Below are positions 9,563 to 19,599 of a DNA stretch of 64,000 bases, piece by piece. A program made the translations under genes and the position numbers. The stretch spans positions 8,942 to 72,941 of the forward strand of contig JBBTSA010000002.1 in the NCBI GenBank assembly GCA_038064895.1, written 5' to 3'. Below the pieces are notes generated by a model. It was given only the letters and a program-made list of their open reading frames with translations. It was not told the origin of the DNA and ran no database searches. Each line of letters opens with the position of its first letter. The stretch's first letter is position 1. Source of the DNA: Patescibacteria group bacterium. Lineage in GTDB: Bacteria; Patescibacteriota; Microgenomatia; Daviesbacterales; UBA10151.

Positions 9563-10651
9563 CTACTCTTTGGTCACACAATAGGTTCCGCTACCCAGGT
9601 TTTGTACAAAACCTGTTATTTCCATCTTAAGTAATGTTGCTGAAACCACACCTGGCTGCAAAGTAGTCTTTCTACAAATCTCATCAATATGCATAGATTC
9701 ATTTTCCAAACATCCTAGGATTTTTCTTTCATCCTCTGTTAATTTTTCTCTTGATCCATGATCTATGACCCTTGGCACATTCCCAACTCCTAAATCATCC
9801 AATATATCCTTTGCATCAAAGACTGGCCTTGCACCTTCTTTTATAAGATCAATAGGACCCTTGGATAAGGATGAGGTTATAGGACCTGGAACTGCATAAA
9901 CATCTCTTCCTTGTTCCAATGCAAGCCTTGCTGTAATTAAGGATCCGGAATCTTCTGCTGCTTCGGTTACTAAAACTGCTTTTGAAAGTCCTGATATAAT
10001 TCTGTTTCTTGCAGGAAAGTTGCCTGCGAGAGATGGATAATCCGGAGGAAATTCAGAAATTACTGCTCCATGACCTTCGGTAATTTGATGAGCGAGTTCG
10101 GTATTTTCTGGAGGAAAGATTCTACTTACACCTCCACCTAAAATAGCTAGCGTTCTACCACTCTCTTCCAAGGCTATCTTATGGGCCTCCGTATCTACCC
10201 CACGGGCAAGACCGGAAATTATTGTCATCCCTGCCAAAATTAGTCCTCTTGTTAAATCATCTGTAACAACTTTCCCATAACCGGACATTTTTCTTGTACC
10301 AACCACAGCAATTGCTTTTTCATCTTGTGGCAAAATTTCACCTTTGTAGTATAAAACTATTGGCGGATCATAGATTTGAGCTAAAAGTTTAGGATAATCT
10401 TCATTAAAAACAGTAACCCAAGAAATTCCTGAATTTTTAATAGTTTCTGCATATTCTAATGGCTCCAGTTTTTTCCTAGTTTCTGCCAAAAGATCAACCA
10501 CTTGTTGTGGTATTCCAATTTTCCTGATTTCATTAACATTAGCTTCCCAGGCAAGTTTTGGATCCTTAAAATAATCCAAAATTGCCTTAAGCCTAATAGG
10601 CCCCAAACCGTCTATGGAATGTAGTGCTAAAAGATATGGGATATTTTTCAT
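9563..10651 (-). CDS. dprA: DNA-processing protein DprA
   Basis: AVVGTR, ISGLARGVD, FPARNRIISGLS, SGSLITA; C-terminal winged helix. Confidence 0.97.
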   Translation of the reverse strand: MKNIPYLLALHSIDGLGPIRLKAILDYFKDPKLAWEANVNEIRKIGIPQQVVDLLAETRKKLEPLEYAETIKNSGISWVTVFNEDYPKLLAQIYDPPIVLYYKGEILPQDEKAIAVVGTRKMSGYGKVVTDDLTRGLILAGMTIISGLARGVDTEAHKIALEESGRTLAILGGGVSRIFPPENTELAHQITEGHGAVISEFPPDYPSLAGNFPARNRIISGLSKAVLVTEAAEDSGSLITARLALEQGRDVYAVPGPITSSLSKGPIDLIKEGARPVFDAKDILDDLGVGNVPRVIDHGSREKLTEDERKILGCLENESMHIDEICRKTTLQPGVVSATLLKMEITGFVQNLGSGTYCVTKE

Positions 10652-10676
10652 ATTAAGATCTTAACATTTAAAGTGA

Positions 10677-10761
10677 CATCATTACGAGGAGCGTTAGCGA
10701 CGAAGCAATCTCATCATTCAGGAGATTGCTTCCCCCGATTTCCATCGGGGTCGCAATGACG
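10677..10761. repeat. Intergenic GTCATTGCGAG-type palindromic element
   Basis: catcattacgagg...gaagcaatctc...gagattgcttc...tcgcaatgacg. Confidence 0.85.
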
Positions 10762-10767
10762 GGAGGA

Positions 10768-12588
10768 TTACTCCCCCAAAGTTCTTGCTGATTCTGTGGC
10801 AATTGGATAAACATCTTTAATCAAATTATTTTTATCAGGGGAGAAGTACCACCTGTAAGCTTCTTTTGCAATTGGGGAAGCAACAGATGAACCCTCTCCT
10901 CCTCCTTCTATTAAAATAGTTAAAGCAATTTTTGGATCAGAGACCGGAGCATATGAAGTATACCAGGCATGAGTCCGGCCTTTGGGATCACCATATTCTG
11001 CTGTTCCTGTTTTACCTGCAGTTTCAATAGGAAAGCTAAAAAATGGCCAGGCTGTTCCTCCTTGCTTTGGAACCTTTTTAAGACCTTCCGCAATTTTTTC
11101 GATTTTCTGCTTTAACTGCAACTCTGATACTAATAAGTCTTCCTTAAACTGTTTTGTTATCACATTATCTCTTGTTACTTTGCTTAAAAGTTGAGGTCGC
11201 AGTATCTTCCCGTCTGATGCAATAAAAGAGGTTATACCTAAAATCTGAAGTGGTGTTGTAAGTATAAAACCCTGGCCAATCCCCATATGCAGTGTATCCC
11301 CAGGATACCAAACCTCCCCCAGCTTTTCTCTTTTCCACTTATCATCCGGAACAAGTCCTGCTTCTTCACCGGGAATGTCAATATTTAGTTTGGATCCAAG
11401 CTTAAGCCTTCTTGCCCAATCTGCTATGGCTTGCTCACCTATAGTTTGACTAACCCGGTAAAAATAGGTGTCGTTGGAGCGCTGTATAGCTTTCACTAAA
11501 TCCAAGGAGCCTTCTTTCTTACCGTATTGGTTAAAATACCAATTGGAAAATCTAAAAGTCCCCAGGTAAAATTCTCCGCTATCTTCGATTATGGTATCAG
11601 CACTGACTCCGGAGGAAAGTGCAGCCAGCGCAGTTACTACTTTAAAAGTTGAACCCGGTGGGTAAGTTCCGGCTATTACTCGATTTAAAATAGGAAAGGA
11701 AGGATCGGAAAGAGTTTCAAGGATTGTACCCTCATCGAAACCCAGTGTAAATATGTTTGGGTCAAATGATGGAAAAGAGAGTAGAGCCAAAATCTCACCA
11801 TTTTTCGGATCCATGGCAACAGCTGCTCCGCAACAAGCCCCTACTTTACTTATGGTATCTACAATAAGTTCATACAGCTTTTTTGAAAGATCCGAATCTA
11901 TTGTTAAGTAAATACTTTGTCCAGGTTTTGGCCCGTTGCGACGGAGTACCCTCACCTTTACTCCTTTGGAGTCGACTTCTATAACTTCGCCGCCATCTAC
12001 CCCTTTAAGCAAACTTTCATACTGTGCTTCAATACCCATCTTACCAATTCCATCTCCTCCAACATAACCTAAAACATGTGCAAGAATTTGACTCATTGGG
12101 TATGTCCTTATATTATCTACTTCTAAATCTTTTGCGCGGGGATCGTTTTTAACCTCAAGTTCCAAAGCCTCCTCCCTTGTAATCAGTCTTGTTTTTTTAA
12201 TCTCACTATCATTTAATCTGAAGGCAGGCGAAGAAGTTGCCAATATTTTTCCGTTTCTGTCATAAATTACCCCACGGGGTGCGTGAATAACTTTTATTTG
12301 AATTCTATTACTGTCTGCTAATTCTCTTGAGACTCCTCCTTCAACTATTTGGAGATGAAATATGCGTATGAAAATGATAAAAAATGCAATCAGGGTAACT
12401 GTTAAAAATATTGTTATTCTCCAAATGCTTACTTTGGATTCTTGTGGGCTTAAAGCATCAAAATTGGGTACAAGCAGGTCTTTCCAATCTTCCCAAAGGG
12501 CATTGTTTCTAAGCTTTGGGCCTTTAAAAGTTGCCTTTATAACTTCATCAGGAAAACCATATCCCATCCGACGCCTTGTCTTTACCAT
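10768..12588 (-). CDS. mrdA: Penicillin-binding protein 2 (class B)
   Basis: PRGVIYDRNG, GSTFK, SND and KTGT motifs; downstream of mreD. Confidence 0.93.
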   Translation of the reverse strand: MVKTRRRMGYGFPDEVIKATFKGPKLRNNALWEDWKDLLVPNFDALSPQESKVSIWRITIFLTVTLIAFFIIFIRIFHLQIVEGGVSRELADSNRIQIKVIHAPRGVIYDRNGKILATSSPAFRLNDSEIKKTRLITREEALELEVKNDPRAKDLEVDNIRTYPMSQILAHVLGYVGGDGIGKMGIEAQYESLLKGVDGGEVIEVDSKGVKVRVLRRNGPKPGQSIYLTIDSDLSKKLYELIVDTISKVGACCGAAVAMDPKNGEILALLSFPSFDPNIFTLGFDEGTILETLSDPSFPILNRVIAGTYPPGSTFKVVTALAALSSGVSADTIIEDSGEFYLGTFRFSNWYFNQYGKKEGSLDLVKAIQRSNDTYFYRVSQTIGEQAIADWARRLKLGSKLNIDIPGEEAGLVPDDKWKREKLGEVWYPGDTLHMGIGQGFILTTPLQILGITSFIASDGKILRPQLLSKVTRDNVITKQFKEDLLVSELQLKQKIEKIAEGLKKVPKQGGTAWPFFSFPIETAGKTGTAEYGDPKGRTHAWYTSYAPVSDPKIALTILIEGGGEGSSVASPIAKEAYRWYFSPDKNNLIKDVYPIATESARTLGE

Positions 12589-13028
12589 TAAATTTTAAGC
12601 TTTATCTCCTTTCTCACTATAAACCGTTCCTCCCAAAATCTAACCAAATAAAAAATAGCCAGTGAGAGAAAACCTCCGTAAATTTTTGGTACAAACTGTA
12701 TGGATCCGTAAATCATCCAAACTATGATTTGGTTTAGGGCTATTGCAACAAAACATATAGATACTAAAGATATTGGGTTTATGGAAAGACGTGACCTGGA
12801 CAAACTTTGGGTTATTTGAACAAGAACCAAAAAGCCAATACTTTGTAAACCCAGTGGAATTAGCGTAAGGTGGGAAATAAGTAAGCCGAAAGCAAATGCA
12901 AGATATAAATTAGCTTTCCCTATCTTTAGAAAAGCGCGACAAATTAAAATAATTAATACCAAATCCAAAGGAAGGATGGTTGATTGAAGGAAAGCACATA
13001 TGATTAGTACAACAATTAACGTTCTCAT
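12588..13028 (-). CDS. mreD: Rod shape-determining protein MreD-like membrane protein
   Basis: Multi-TM protein between mreC and mrdA (synteny). Confidence 0.65.
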   Translation of the reverse strand: MRTLIVVLIICAFLQSTILPLDLVLIILICRAFLKIGKANLYLAFAFGLLISHLTLIPLGLQSIGFLVLVQITQSLSRSRLSINPISLVSICFVAIALNQIIVWMIYGSIQFVPKIYGGFLSLAIFYLVRFWEERFIVRKEIKLKI

Positions 13029-13037
13029 AATTTTAAA

Positions 13038-13826
13038 TTATTCCTTTATCACAAATACCAGCTCCAAGTCTCTAATATCAAAAACCTGCTCAATTTTAGC
13101 CTGTTTAAATAATTCATCCGCCAACTGGCGGACTTCTGTTACTTCTCCAAGTATCAACCCCCTTGGTAAAAAGCCTTCTGTCCCTTCCGAATAAACAAGA
13201 TCCCCTTTGGAAATTTTTTCTTCATGCAAAATTTTATCCATAAGAAGCTCTGTTCCAAATTGTCCCAGAAGTACCCCTTTTGCTCTACCCGAAGTACCCT
13301 GGGAAAAAGCAGCTACTTTTGACTGGGGATCTGCAAGAACTTGTATATTTGCTGACTTTGGTGATGTTGCAACGATACGTCCGATGAAATTATCTTTAAA
13401 TACAACTGCCTCGCCTACTTTAACACCATCATCCTCCCCTTTATCTATCTTTAAATACCTTAAAAGTCCTATTGGGCGAGCAGCTATTAAGTTGTAAGTT
13501 TTGGGATCAAGAAAATCTTTTTGTGAAACTTGTACTTCCAACTCTGCAAGGTGCTGTCTTAACTTTGCATTCTCCGCAAAAAGCTCCCCAATTTGTTCTT
13601 TTAGGGCTCTATTTTCCTGTGCGGATAATCTTGCCGCATATATAAAATAAAGCTGCCTTGAAAGGTTTTGGTAGTTTTTGTAAATACCAAAAGATATAGG
13701 ATTTGTTATATAAAAACTTGCCCTTTTTGCAAAATCTAAAAAATGAAAATTATCTAAAAGTAAAATAATAAGGCTTAAAAAAAGTAAAGATAAAAAAAGT
13801 TGAAGGTTAGGAATTACCCTGGACAT
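13038..13826 (-). CDS. mreC: Rod shape-determining protein MreC
   Basis: TM, coiled coil, IDKGEDDGVKVG, LPRGLILGEV; ATG start chosen. Confidence 0.92.
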   Translation of the reverse strand: MSRVIPNLQLFLSLLFLSLIILLLDNFHFLDFAKRASFYITNPISFGIYKNYQNLSRQLYFIYAARLSAQENRALKEQIGELFAENAKLRQHLAELEVQVSQKDFLDPKTYNLIAARPIGLLRYLKIDKGEDDGVKVGEAVVFKDNFIGRIVATSPKSANIQVLADPQSKVAAFSQGTSGRAKGVLLGQFGTELLMDKILHEEKISKGDLVYSEGTEGFLPRGLILGEVTEVRQLADELFKQAKIEQVFDIRDLELVFVIKE

Positions 13827-13898
13827 TATGGGAAACAATATAGCATAGCTTTACTTCTTTGACAAAAGGGTTATAAGAAGGTATATTTATGGGAATTT

Positions 13899-14657
13899 AT
13901 GCCCACATTTTTAGATAAACTAAAAGCAAAATGGGATGAGGGTAAATTTGTTTGTGTAGGCCTGGATAAAGCCTCCTTCGAATTTAATAAATCCATTATT
14001 GATCAAACTGCTGATATTGTTTGTGCCTACAAACTGAATTCTGCCTTTTATGAGGCTGAAGGATTAGAAGGAATAGAGGGATTAGAGGAAACAGTAAAAT
14101 ACATTCATGAGAAGCACCCTGATATATTGATAATCCTGGATGCCAAAAGAGGAGATATAGGCGCCACAAATGAGGCATATGTTAAGGCTATTTTTGATGA
14201 TTTAGGAGTTGACGGGGTTACAGTTCACCCATATTTAGGCAGGGAATCTTTAGAACCATTTCTTAAAAGATCCGAAAAAGGAATTATTGTTCTAGTTAAA
14301 ACCTCCAATCCGGGTGCAGGAGAATTTCAGGACCTTAAAACTGATGATAAACCACTCTACCAAGTTATAGCAGAACATGTAGTTTCTTGGAACACAAATG
14401 GAAACTGTGTAGTTGTTTGTGGTGCAACATATCCGGAGGAACTGGGCAAAGTAAGAGCAATTGTTGGTGATATGCCAATACTAGTTCCGGGAATTGGAGC
14501 ACAAGGCGGAGACTTAAGAACCACCATAAAAAATGGGCTGGATTCTAATAGACAGGGCTTAATTATTTCCTCATCCAGAGGTATAATTTTTGCAGAAGAT
14601 CCAAAGAAAGCAGCAGAAGATTTAAATAATCAAATTAAGGAGATCATAAATGGATAA
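13899..14657 (+). CDS. pyrF: Orotidine-5'-phosphate decarboxylase
   Basis: VCVGLD, LDAKRGDIGAT, LVPGIGAQGG, SSRGI. Confidence 0.96.
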   Translation: MPTFLDKLKAKWDEGKFVCVGLDKASFEFNKSIIDQTADIVCAYKLNSAFYEAEGLEGIEGLEETVKYIHEKHPDILIILDAKRGDIGATNEAYVKAIFDDLGVDGVTVHPYLGRESLEPFLKRSEKGIIVLVKTSNPGAGEFQDLKTDDKPLYQVIAEHVVSWNTNGNCVVVCGATYPEELGKVRAIVGDMPILVPGIGAQGGDLRTTIKNGLDSNRQGLIISSSRGIIFAEDPKKAAEDLNNQIKEIING

Positions 14658-15270
14658 TGTATCAGAAAAAGTTGCCAAAATACTTTTAGGATTAAATGCA
14701 GTTTCTTTAAATACCAAAAAACTTTTTAAGTTTGCCTCAGGAATTTTATCTCCTGTTTATACAGATTGCAGAGTTTTGATGGCTTACCCCAATTTTAGAA
14801 GAGAAATTAGGGATTATTATATCCAAGCAATACAAAATTCAAATGTTGATTTTGAGGTTGTTGCTGGAACAGCAACGGCTGGAATTCCCCATGCTGCCTG
14901 GATTGCAGATAAATTAAATCTTCCAATGGTTTATGTCAGAGGTAAAGCCAAAGATCACGGAAAAGAAAATTTAATGGAAGGAATTATTAAAAAAGGACAA
15001 AAAGCCATTGTTATTGAAGACTTAATCTCAACCGGTGACAGTGCAATAAACAGTGTGGCTGCAGTCAGAGCGGCTGGAGGGGAAATTACCCATGTTTTCT
15101 CAATTATCACTTACGGACTTAAAAAAGCTGATGAGAATTTTAAAGAAAATAATCTCAAATTAGTATCACTTACCAGTTTTTCAGTACTTGTCCAGTTAGC
15201 TGAAAAATTAAACTATATCAGAAGTAAGGATGTAAAAGTTATTTTAGACTGGATCTCCCAAAATGGTTAA
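14650..15270 (+). CDS. pyrE: Orotate phosphoribosyltransferase
   Basis: ASGILSPVYTDCR and the PRPP motif VIEDLISTGDS. Confidence 0.95.
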   Translation: MDNVSEKVAKILLGLNAVSLNTKKLFKFASGILSPVYTDCRVLMAYPNFRREIRDYYIQAIQNSNVDFEVVAGTATAGIPHAAWIADKLNLPMVYVRGKAKDHGKENLMEGIIKKGQKAIVIEDLISTGDSAINSVAAVRAAGGEITHVFSIITYGLKKADENFKENNLKLVSLTSFSVLVQLAEKLNYIRSKDVKVILDWISQNG

Positions 15271-16315
15271 GCTTCCAGGCCTTATTGACAGCCATGTTCA
15301 CTTAAGAGAGCCCGGAGCCACCCAAAAAGAAGATTTTGAAACAGGCACCAAAGCTGCTATTGCTGGAGGCTATACTTTAGTCTTAGACATGCCTAATAAT
15401 CCGGAACCCACAGTTACTCCAGAGTCCGTGGACAAGAAAATTCAGCTGGCAAAAGGAAGGATTTATACTGATTTAGGTTTTCATTTTGGAGCAAGTGCAG
15501 AATCCGCAAAGTATTTTAACAGGGTAAGAAACAAAGTATTCGGCTTAAAAGTATATATGAACCACACTACAGGCACACTTCTACAGGAAGATCCTAAAAT
15601 TCTGCAAGCCATTTTTGAAGCCTGGCCTAAAGATAAAGTTTTAATGGTTCATGCAGAAGGAAAAACCTTGGAAATAGCTATTCAGTTAGCCAGGAAAAAT
15701 GGCAATAAATTACATGTTTGTCATGTTAGTGTAACAAATCAAATTAATCTGATAAGACAAGCTAAACAAAATGGTTTGAGTATAACTTGTGAGGTAACTT
15801 GTCATCATTTATTTTTAACTCAGGATGATCTTAAAAAACTAGGACCATATGGAATAATGAGACCTCCACTAACTACCAAGGAAGATCAGGAAGCTTTGTG
15901 GACAGGCATCCAGGATGGCATTGTGGATACCATAGCATCTGACCATGCACCACACACAAAGGAAGAAAAAAATTCCCCTAACCCCCCTAACGGCGTCCCG
16001 GGATTAGAAACCACTCTGCCCTTACTTCTGACTGCAGTTAATGACGGTAAATTAACCATAGATAATCTCATCAGGCTTTGTCACACCAATCCCAAAAGAA
16101 TCTTTGATATTCCTGACCAGCCCGAAACTTTTGTGGAAGTTGACCCTATACCCTACACCCTAAACCCTAAACCCTTATATACCAAATGCGGTTGGACTCC
16201 TTTTGATGGATGGAAGGTTAAAGGTAGGGTTAAAAAAGTGGTGTTAAGGGGCAAAATTGTGTATGATAATGGGCAATTTGTGGGAGTTCCACAAGGTAAA
16301 GTAATAATGCCGTGA
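15263..16315 (+). CDS. pyrC: Dihydroorotase
   Basis: PGLIDSHVHLREPG, DMPNN, IASDHAPH. Confidence 0.94.
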   Translation: MVKLPGLIDSHVHLREPGATQKEDFETGTKAAIAGGYTLVLDMPNNPEPTVTPESVDKKIQLAKGRIYTDLGFHFGASAESAKYFNRVRNKVFGLKVYMNHTTGTLLQEDPKILQAIFEAWPKDKVLMVHAEGKTLEIAIQLARKNGNKLHVCHVSVTNQINLIRQAKQNGLSITCEVTCHHLFLTQDDLKKLGPYGIMRPPLTTKEDQEALWTGIQDGIVDTIASDHAPHTKEEKNSPNPPNGVPGLETTLPLLLTAVNDGKLTIDNLIRLCHTNPKRIFDIPDQPETFVEVDPIPYTLNPKPLYTKCGWTPFDGWKVKGRVKKVVLRGKIVYDNGQFVGVPQGKVIMP

Positions 16316-17400
16316 AACAACCGCTTTTTGTTTATGATATTACAAAGAAATGGGAAGAAGTTGTTAAAAAAGGGCCTATTTGGCTTTCAAATAAATTTCC
16401 ACCTCTACCAAAGGATAAAAAATATTCTTTTTTGGGTTATAAATTAATTTCTCCTGTTGCTATTTCAGCAGGACCTGCATCCAGAAAAATCTGGACTGAC
16501 TTTTATTTAAGAATGGGTTATGGATTTGTCTTAGAAAAAACCAGGAGAACTATTGAAAGAAAAGCACACAAAGAACCTAATGTTGCCATAATTGAAAAGA
16601 AGGGACAAGTTAAAAGATCTAATATTAATAAAACCCTAGTTGCTACCAATAATCAATCAGGATGGGAAAAATACAAAAGTATTACCAACTCATTTGGTAA
16701 TCCCTCTCCCTCCATTGAAATTTGGTCAGCTGAATTAAAAAAACAAATAAAGTCTACAAAAAATGGTCAGATTCTCGGATGTTCTGTCACAGCTACTTTT
16801 TTTGGTGGGGAGACAACCTCTGATATTGTAGCTGACTTACTTAAAGCAGCCACAGCTGCAGCTAAAGCAGGTATTAAGGTAATTGAATTTAACCTGGCTT
16901 GCCCAAATGTAACAGATAATAAAGAGGAGGGAGAAATGTTTCAGGATGCAGCGCTGGTATCTTATACCTTAAAAGCATTTAAAAAGAAATTTCCAAAAGT
17001 TAAGGCTGGAATCAAATTTGGTCTTTATAAAAATAAAGCACAGATGAAAAAAGTATTTAAGGATGCAGGAAAAAACTTGGATTATGTTTCGGGAATAAAT
17101 GCAATAGCTATGACCGTTTTGAGGCAAGATGGAAAAGAAATTCTACCCGGAAGGACTAAATCTGGTGTCTGTGGGAAATTGATCCAAGACATTGCCCTGG
17201 AATCTATTGAATGGGCAAATCAGATTAGAAAAGAAGAAAAGCTAAAGTATGAAATTTTAGGTGGAGGAGGAATTGTAGAAGTTTCAGATGTTGATAAATT
17301 CTTAAAAGCTGGAGCAGATATGGTTCAGGTAGCCACTATTGTCATGGTTGATCCATTATTTGCTTATAAATATAGATTATTCAAAGACGGCTTACTTTAA
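16312..17400 (+). CDS. pyrD: Dihydroorotate dehydrogenase-like FMN enzyme (divergent)
   Basis: EFNLACPN, GGGGI, AGADMVQVAT; located in the pyr operon. Confidence 0.8.
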   Translation: MKQPLFVYDITKKWEEVVKKGPIWLSNKFPPLPKDKKYSFLGYKLISPVAISAGPASRKIWTDFYLRMGYGFVLEKTRRTIERKAHKEPNVAIIEKKGQVKRSNINKTLVATNNQSGWEKYKSITNSFGNPSPSIEIWSAELKKQIKSTKNGQILGCSVTATFFGGETTSDIVADLLKAATAAAKAGIKVIEFNLACPNVTDNKEEGEMFQDAALVSYTLKAFKKKFPKVKAGIKFGLYKNKAQMKKVFKDAGKNLDYVSGINAIAMTVLRQDGKEILPGRTKSGVCGKLIQDIALESIEWANQIRKEEKLKYEILGGGGIVEVSDVDKFLKAGADMVQVATIVMVDPLFAYKYRLFKDGLL

Positions 17401-18461
17401 CGAAGCCCCCCTGTTACCTTAACTTTAGATAATAAATCCAAATTTTCCAAAACTTCCCCACAACCTCTAACAACTGTAGTTAGTGGATCATCTGCAACAT
17501 ATACCGGCAGTTTTGTTTCTTCCGCAATTTTTTTATCCAAACCCCTCAAGCATGCTCCCCCTCCTGCCAAATAAATTCCTCTGTCAACTATATCTGTCAA
17601 AAGCTCCGGGGGTGTTTCTTCCAAAACTTCTTGAACTGCTTGTACAATTTGTGTGACAGTGGGAGTTAAAGCTTCTCTTATTTCTGAAGCTCCTATTTTT
17701 AAAGATTTTGGCAAACCTGTACTTAAATCTCTGCCTCTAATAACAGTTGCTCCATCATCTTTATCATTTAAGGGCTGTGCAGATCCTATTTCTATTTTTA
17801 CCTCTTCAGCAGTCCTTTCCCCAATCAACATTCCATATCTGGTCCTCATGTAAGAAATAATTGCTTCATCCATTTCATCTCCTGCAACTCTTAAAGATTT
17901 GTTTATAACCATCCCACCAAGTGAGATAATGGCAATTTCGGTTGTACCTCCACCAATATCCACAATCATTACTCCTTCGGGTTCTTCAATAGGAAGCTTT
18001 GCCCCAATTGCAGCTGCCATAGGTTCTTCTATAAGGTAAGCTTGTCTTGCACCTGCTGAAAGACAGGCATCCTGGACAGCTCTTCTTTCAACTTCTGTTA
18101 CACCTGACGGGATACCAACAACAATTCTGGGTTTTGGAATTTTCGGCAGCCTAAAGCCGGGAGAGACAGGCGTTTGATGAACTTTATGTATAAAATATCT
18201 AAGCATGGCTTCAGTTGTTTCAAAATCGGAGATAACTCCATCCCGAAGCGGCCTTACAGCTTCAATTGCAGCAGGAGTTCTACCAAGCATTCTTTTTGCC
18301 TCTCCTCCTATTGCCAAAATCTGTCTTGATTTTTTATGAAGTGCAACAACAGTGGGCTCTCTGATAACAATACCCTTGCCTTTTACTAAAACTAAAGTAT
18401 TAACAGTACCTAAATCTATACCTAAATCTAGTGCAAAATATTGCCAAATCTTTCCTAACAT
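17397..18461 (-). CDS. mreB: Rod shape-determining protein MreB
   Basis: DLGIDLGT, EAVRPLRDGVI, DIGGGTTE, AGGGA. Confidence 0.98.
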   Translation of the reverse strand: MLGKIWQYFALDLGIDLGTVNTLVLVKGKGIVIREPTVVALHKKSRQILAIGGEAKRMLGRTPAAIEAVRPLRDGVISDFETTEAMLRYFIHKVHQTPVSPGFRLPKIPKPRIVVGIPSGVTEVERRAVQDACLSAGARQAYLIEEPMAAAIGAKLPIEEPEGVMIVDIGGGTTEIAIISLGGMVINKSLRVAGDEMDEAIISYMRTRYGMLIGERTAEEVKIEIGSAQPLNDKDDGATVIRGRDLSTGLPKSLKIGASEIREALTPTVTQIVQAVQEVLEETPPELLTDIVDRGIYLAGGGACLRGLDKKIAEETKLPVYVADDPLTTVVRGCGEVLENLDLLSKVKVTGGLR

Positions 18462-18514
18462 GAGGGGAGTTTAACATATTGACACATAGTTTAAAAAGGG
18501 AGTATAAAGAACTT

Positions 18515-18988
18515 ATGGGAAATCCAATTGAAACTGGCAGAACTGTTCTCCATTCTGCAAAGGAAAGAACAGAAAGGGTCAGATCTTTGATAGGAGACTC
18601 TTATGCTGGGCATCTTCTAATAGAATTTTCAGGTATTGGTAACTACAGAAGACTTGTGAAATGGAATTCTATGAATGAGGGTGCTATTGGTACAACATTT
18701 GCTTTCTTATCATTAATATTGCCTTTAGCAATTAGAGGAGTAACATCTGAACCGGATTCTGAATTTTTCGGAACTATGAAAGCATTTGGGGGAGGACTTA
18801 TCGATGCTAGTGCAGGTGGTCTAATAGGTTTTATGGCTGCTAATGGCCATGGCAGTTTACCGGAACTCTTAGCCTACAAAACTATTGCTAACCTTGCAAG
18901 TCATGCTCTAGTTGATGCCCTCCGCTCAGGAGTCGATTATCTCAAGGGATTCAGACCCCCATCTTCTCCTGCCACTTTAACTGTTTAA
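18515..18988 (+). CDS. Hypothetical membrane-associated protein
   Basis: Gly-rich hydrophobic stretches; TTGACA...TATAAA-6 nt-ATG at 18515. Confidence 0.55.
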   Translation: MGNPIETGRTVLHSAKERTERVRSLIGDSYAGHLLIEFSGIGNYRRLVKWNSMNEGAIGTTFAFLSLILPLAIRGVTSEPDSEFFGTMKAFGGGLIDASAGGLIGFMAANGHGSLPELLAYKTIANLASHALVDALRSGVDYLKGFRPPSSPATLTV

Positions 18989-19018
18989 ACATTTTTGTGA
19001 CGGCCGTCGCCTTTTTGT

Positions 19019-19516
19019 TTATCTTACTACATTATCCGACTCTATTACCAAAACCCAATCCTCTATCCCAACACTTTTTATAAAATTCCTTAAAGCCTGT
19101 GTACAATTTTTCTTGGTAGCCCAAACACTCTGCTGCCACTTGGTAAATCCCCATTTTTTAAGATTGTCTCTTAACATATTTCTTGCTCCTCTTCTTTTCT
19201 CAGGAACATCAAATATTACTATTCTCCACTTTCCATCCCATTCCCTCTCCTCTATTCCAATGGTTTCCAAAATAGCTTTCTGTTTTCCATGATCTGTAAG
19301 CTTATATGCCAATTTTTCATCATCCACAAAATCAATTAGCCCTCTTTCTCTAAGTCTCTTTAGAGCTTGTGCAAGCTCTGCCTTCTTTAAAGGTTTACCC
19401 CAGCCAAAAGCATAGTGTTTTGGATTATTAATAAAATCATCTACTCTAACATAACCATCTATAGTCTTTTCCAAAACAAGAAGTATAAGATTTGTCAAAC
19501 TCTTTTTTGTTCCCAC
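19019..19516 (-). CDS. PaaX-like transcriptional regulator (wHTH plus Cas2-like domain)
   Basis: ALKRLRERGLI...YKLTDHG, then WDGKWRIVIFDVPE...QQSVW. Confidence 0.88.
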   Translation of the reverse strand: MGTKKSLTNLILLVLEKTIDGYVRVDDFINNPKHYAFGWGKPLKKAELAQALKRLRERGLIDFVDDEKLAYKLTDHGKQKAILETIGIEEREWDGKWRIVIFDVPEKRRGARNMLRDNLKKWGFTKWQQSVWATKKNCTQALRNFIKSVGIEDWVLVIESDNVVR

Positions 19517-19529
19517 AAAAACATTTATA

Positions 19530-19553
19530 CGACGGCCGTCGGTATATTGTCAA
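19530..19553 (-). promoter_or_regulatory. Promoter of the PaaX-like gene with palindromic operator CGACGGCCGTCG
   Basis: Minus strand ttgaca atataccgacggccgtcg tataaa; a second GACGGCCGTC lies at 18999-19008. Confidence 0.7.
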
Positions 19554-19599
19554 TACTTAGCTCTTGCTCTTAAAAGACATATTCTGTTAGCATTACTTT

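Noticed and set aside
19019-19516. Cas2 gene / CRISPR locus
   Set aside because: The Cas2-like part is the PaaX central domain fused to a wHTH; no cas1 and no repeat-spacer array were seen in the window.
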